Both the position numbers and the translations under genes were made by a program. Shown here piece by piece: positions 28,413 to 32,000 of a stretch of 32,000 bases of DNA. Every line of letters starts with the position of its first letter. The stretch's first letter is position 1. The stretch is from positions 300,001 to 332,000 of the forward strand of contig NC_007181.1 in assembly GCF_000012285.1 (NCBI RefSeq), written 5' to 3'. The stretch is from Sulfolobus acidocaldarius DSM 639. GTDB taxonomy: Archaea; Thermoproteota; Thermoprotei_A; Sulfolobales; Sulfolobaceae. The notes beneath the pieces were generated by a model that saw only the letters and a program-made list of their open reading frames with translations, had not been told where the DNA came from and made no database searches.

Positions 28413-28448
28413 ATCTGATCTATGAGGAGCGGTGTAGGGACTGAATGT
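28393..28448 (+). ncRNA. Box C/D guide sRNA candidate C (antisense to sfsA 5' end and sir2 3' end)
   Basis: C box ATGATGA 28397-28403, 11-nt guide, D' CTGA 28415-28418, 3-nt spacer, imperfect C' ATGAGGA 28422-28428, 12-nt guide gcggtgtaggga, D CTGA 28441-28444. Confidence 0.55.
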
Positions 28449-29178
28449 GAGATATAACTTCAGGAAGAAATATCTCAATCCGTTCTCTTATTACTAAATC
28501 TGCATACTCGTCATATGGAGTCTCCTCTCCGTTTAGAATTATTAGCCCCCCTCCGTTTCTTTTCACTATTAGGGGTATCTGGTTTGCGGGGTAAACCGTC
28601 AGTGAACTGCCTATCGCGAGCACTAGATCAGATTCGTTAGCTATTCTCATGGCTTCATATATGCCATGTACTGGCTCGCCAAATAGCACGACATCTGGCT
28701 TCAATATTCCACCACACTCACATCTAGGGATAACTTCGCCTTTTTCCACTCGTGCTAACACTTCTAGACTATCGTAGGATCTGAGACATGAGGTGCAGTA
28801 ACTTTTCCTCATATTTCCATGAAGTTCGATTACATTCCTAGATCCAGCCACACTATGTAGACCATCTACATTTTGAGTTATCACAGCTTTAATGAGACCC
28901 ATCTTCTCAAGTTGAGCTAGTGCATAATGGGCTCGATTTGGCTTAGCTTCAAATAAGGACTTCATTCTTGTGGAGTAAAACTGCCAAAAGGCATCAGGAT
29001 ATTTTTGGAAATATTCAATGCTTGCCAATTCAGGAGAATATTTCTTCCATAAACCCTGCGGACCTCTAAAATCCGGTATGCCTGAAGCCGTACTTATACC
29101 TGCTCCTGTGAAAGCTATAGCATTGACCGAAGAGAGAATCATCTCAGCAACTTTTTTTGCTTCTTCCACTAGATACAT
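28420..29178 (-). CDS. cobB: Sir2 family NAD-dependent deacylase
   Basis: IAFTGAGISTASGIPDFRGPQGLW, TQNVDGLHSVAGSRNVIELHGN, Zn-binding CxxC pairs. Start likely MYLVEEAKKVAEMI at 29178 rather than 29241. Confidence 0.93.
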   Translation of the reverse strand: MYLVEEAKKVAEMILSSVNAIAFTGAGISTASGIPDFRGPQGLWKKYSPELASIEYFQKYPDAFWQFYSTRMKSLFEAKPNRAHYALAQLEKMGLIKAVITQNVDGLHSVAGSRNVIELHGNMRKSYCTSCLRSYDSLEVLARVEKGEVIPRCECGGILKPDVVLFGEPVHGIYEAMRIANESDLVLAIGSSLTVYPANQIPLIVKRNGGGLIILNGEETPYDEYADLVIRERIEIFLPEVISHIQSLHRSS

Positions 29179-29587
29179 TAATCCAGAGTAGTTTAAAAAT
29201 GATGAGTTTACCGAGTACGGAAGCATGAAGAACCCCTTCAATCTGATTGAAAGATTTAGCAGTAGTCATTAATATAGATAAAATAGCATATATTCAAAAT
29301 AAAATTTACAATGCTAAAATAATAAAACCATTATAAACCGGTATAATTCTACATTATGACCACTTTAAATCTATTTTTTAACAACAAATAGTTTAAATTA
29401 ATTGAACTAACGCCTAGTATTTACCATAATTCATCTTGACATAAATATCTAAAAGCTAGGATAAGGTATAGTTATGGTTTATTTGAAATATCAAATTAAA
29501 TTTTTTGATTCACAATAAGCTTGTTTAAACCTTTTTTAGTAGTTTTCTTATTTTATGCCTATTAATGAGTATATTACACAGTAGTAA

Positions 29588-29791
29588 TTGAGCATTATGC
29601 CAAAAAATGGGTTTTATATAGCCATGTTTATAGTAACAATAATAGATATAATTCTATTTTCGATATATCCAGTGTTCAATAATGCAACAATGACCTTTGC
29701 AGGGCTTACAATGTTCTATTTCTATCAAATCATAATGCTTATAGTGAGTACTGTTCTCTTCGTAGCTGTTTCTTTAATATTTAAGAGGTGA
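29588..29791 (+). CDS. Small two-TM membrane protein (DUF3311-like) paired with SSS permease
   Basis: 67 aa hydrophobic. GTGA overlap with the next ORF at 29788-29791. Confidence 0.65.
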   Translation: MSIMPKNGFYIAMFIVTIIDIILFSIYPVFNNATMTFAGLTMFYFYQIIMLIVSTVLFVAVSLIFKR

Positions 29792-31356
29792 AAAAAGTGT
29801 CAGGAATAAATGTTGATTATACAACTTTAGGAGTTTTCATAGGACTTTTTGTAGTATTTGCAATATTAGGATTTTATGGAGCTTACTGGAGAAAAGGAGA
29901 CCTCTCAAAGCTCGATGAATGGGGTTTGGGAGGCAGAAGATTAGGTTGGCTATTAGTATGGTTCCTAATGGGAGCAGATCTGTATACTGCATACACTTTC
30001 ATTGCGATACCCTCAGGTGTCTACGCAAGCGGAAGCTTATTCTTCTACGCTGTACCATACGTAGCATGGACATTTGGAATTGCCTTATTGACAATGCCAA
30101 GACTTTGGAGTATATCGAGAAGGAGAGGATACATAACTGCAGCTGATTTCGTTAAAGATAGATTTAATAACAGACCATTATCAGTGGCAGTTGCCTTAAC
30201 TGGAGCAGTGGCAGAATTACCATATATTGCATTACAGATATTTGGAATGCAGGCTGTCCTTACAGTCCTACTAATCGGACTAGGTGTAACAGGAACCTAT
30301 GGGGGACTATCGGTAAGCGAATGGGCACTAATTATAGCTTTCATAGTATTGGCTGCATTTACCATAACCAGTGGTCTAAGAGGAGCAGCACTTACAGCCG
30401 TGTTTAAGGATATTCTTATCTGGATCACAGTATTAACTGTTATTATAGCAGTACCGTTAGCTTATGGTGGGTTCTCCCACGCATTTTCTGCAATAGAGGC
30501 AATAAAAGGAAAAGGAGCTGCAGCATATGAATTTCTCAGTCCAAGCGCCATAACAAACTATTTTACGTTAGCTCTAGGGAGTGCGATGGCTCTATATCTT
30601 TACCCACATTCTATAAACGGTTCATTGTCAGCACAAGATACAGATAAGCTAAAGAAGAGTACATCATTACTTCCATTATATGGAGTAGGATTAGCGCTAT
30701 TAGCGTTATTCGGAATATTGATTTATGCTGTCCCATCAGCTCTGAGCATAGTTGTTTCAAACAAAAACGGCGCTTTAACTGTTCCAAGTTTAATAGCTGC
30801 AACAATGCCTAGTTGGTTCGTAGGTTTAGGCTTAGTGGCAATATTCGTAGGAGGATTAGTGCCAGCGGCAATAATGGCAATAGGAGCCTCAAATCTATTG
30901 ACAAGAAATGTGATAGGAGAGTTCAAAAAACTATCACCAAGGACTGAGTCGAACTTAGCTAAGATAATATCCACTGTATTTAAATTCGCAGCCTTAGCGT
31001 TCATCTTCATTGTACAGGCTACATATGCTGTGCAGCTTCAATTATTGGGAGGAATCTTAATACTTCAAACTCTTCCTGCAGTATTCTTAGGACTTTACAC
31101 TAACAAGCTAGAGGGATATTCTACTTTCGCAGGTTGGATTGCAGGTATAGCTTCAGGTGTTTACATGGTACTTTACACTAATAACTTCGGAACTTTATTA
31201 AAGTCGTATTTAGCTACTCCTTATGGTCCAATTTACATTGGAGTCTTATCGCTGGCAATAAACATACTTGTGACAGTTATTGGAACTTTAATAGCCTATG
31301 GAGTAGGCTGGAGGCCATCTCAGAAAATTAAGGCAGAAGAATTTGAAGTAGTATAA
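29788..31356 (+). CDS. Sodium:solute symporter (SSS) family permease
   Basis: About 13 [31 protein letters not shown] and [13 protein letters not shown]. Confidence 0.9.
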   Translation: MKKVSGINVDYTTLGVFIGLFVVFAILGFYGAYWRKGDLSKLDEWGLGGRRLGWLLVWFLMGADLYTAYTFIAIPSGVYASGSLFFYAVPYVAWTFGIALLTMPRLWSISRRRGYITAADFVKDRFNNRPLSVAVALTGAVAELPYIALQIFGMQAVLTVLLIGLGVTGTYGGLSVSEWALIIAFIVLAAFTITSGLRGAALTAVFKDILIWITVLTVIIAVPLAYGGFSHAFSAIEAIKGKGAAAYEFLSPSAITNYFTLALGSAMALYLYPHSINGSLSAQDTDKLKKSTSLLPLYGVGLALLALFGILIYAVPSALSIVVSNKNGALTVPSLIAATMPSWFVGLGLVAIFVGGLVPAAIMAIGASNLLTRNVIGEFKKLSPRTESNLAKIISTVFKFAALAFIFIVQATYAVQLQLLGGILILQTLPAVFLGLYTNKLEGYSTFAGWIAGIASGVYMVLYTNNFGTLLKSYLATPYGPIYIGVLSLAINILVTVIGTLIAYGVGWRPSQKIKAEEFEVV

Positions 31357-31630
31357 AGAATTATATAATCAGAATTTTTCTAAGTTATTTCTCTTTTTTC
31401 CTGTACCAATTTCAACATAAATACTATTTATATCCTGAAAGGAAAAACTCATAATAGACAAATGACTATGGAATACCATGGCAAAGACTAATAAAGCTTA
31501 AGACAAAAGTAGTAATATGAGGTGTGATAGAATGATTAGAGATATAGATTTAGACTATTACCTTACCCTAGTTGCTCTAGGATTCTATTAAGATTCTTAA
31601 TTTATTAGATAGAGTGCCTATTAGTTTAGA

Positions 31631-31996
31631 GTGGAATACCCATATTTTGACTTAAAGACTGCAAGAGAATTGTTACCATGGTTAAGAGAAAAGCTAAAGG
31701 AGATAAAGAGAGTGAAGAGATTAGTTGAGGAGAGTTTAGTTAGGGGCGATAAAAGCTCAATATTCAAGTACACTGTTCAAGTAGACATGATTGTAAGGGA
31801 AATCACAGAAAAAGGGATTGTTCTGAGGGATCCTGATATAGGACTAGTTGATTTTCCTGCCCTAATAAACAACAAACCAGCATATCTGTGTTGGAAACTT
31901 GATGAAGAAGATATTTTATACTGGCATTACGCTGAAGAAGGATTCAGAGGAAGAAAAAGAATATCTGGTACTGAGGACATTCTTAGTCTGACTTAG
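31631..31996 (+). CDS. DUF2203-like protein
   Basis: YPYFDLKTARELLPWLREKL...GIVLRDPDIGLVDFPALINNKPAYLCWKLDEEDILYWHYAEEGFRGRKRI. Confidence 0.75.
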   Translation: MEYPYFDLKTARELLPWLREKLKEIKRVKRLVEESLVRGDKSSIFKYTVQVDMIVREITEKGIVLRDPDIGLVDFPALINNKPAYLCWKLDEEDILYWHYAEEGFRGRKRISGTEDILSLT

Positions 31997-32000
31997 ACTT

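Noticed and set aside
27735-28478. Track start of SfsA at 28478 giving an overlap with the Sir2 gene
   Set aside because: Leading MRYFFLKLYLTFSPYTAPHRSD is not SfsA-like. The internal Met at 28412 removes the overlap.
1-32000. CRISPR arrays, insertion sequences, toxin-antitoxin or phage defence loci, tRNA/rRNA genes
   Set aside because: No regularly spaced repeats, transposase ORFs, defence-type motifs or convincing cloverleaf segments seen on reading either strand.

Overview
The window reads as Sulfolobus acidocaldarius-like chromosome. The 65-aa ORF at 5965..6162 (minus) matches my memory of the Sac7e chromatin protein. It is mostly housekeeping and metabolic genes with short spacers, many of them leaderless. 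Contents include an AsnC-type double-HTH regulator next to a DUF1059 gene pair, a DUF929 thioredoxin-like protein divergent from a secreted Thr-rich Cys-containing protein, an amidase, Sac7e, a molybdopterin oxidoreductase, a CPA2-type antiporter, and a glutaconate-type CoA-transferase pair on opposite strands. Further along are HyuA/HyuB, a methyltransferase, an MFS transporter, an M1 aminopeptidase, a divergent leucyl-tRNA synthetase, a radical SAM/SPASM protein, an M20 peptidase, a PriX-like protein, a tRNA-thiolation-type ATP pyrophosphatase, SfsA, Sir2 and an SSS symporter with a small membrane partner. Reading outside the ORF track gave three box C/D guide sRNA candidates on the plus strand, at about 8044-8100, 25553-25610 and 28393-28448. 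Two have full C/D'/C'/D spacing with 12-nt guides and plausible rRNA complementarity. I found no CRISPR array, IS element or obvious defence system, and I do not claim a wholly new system.
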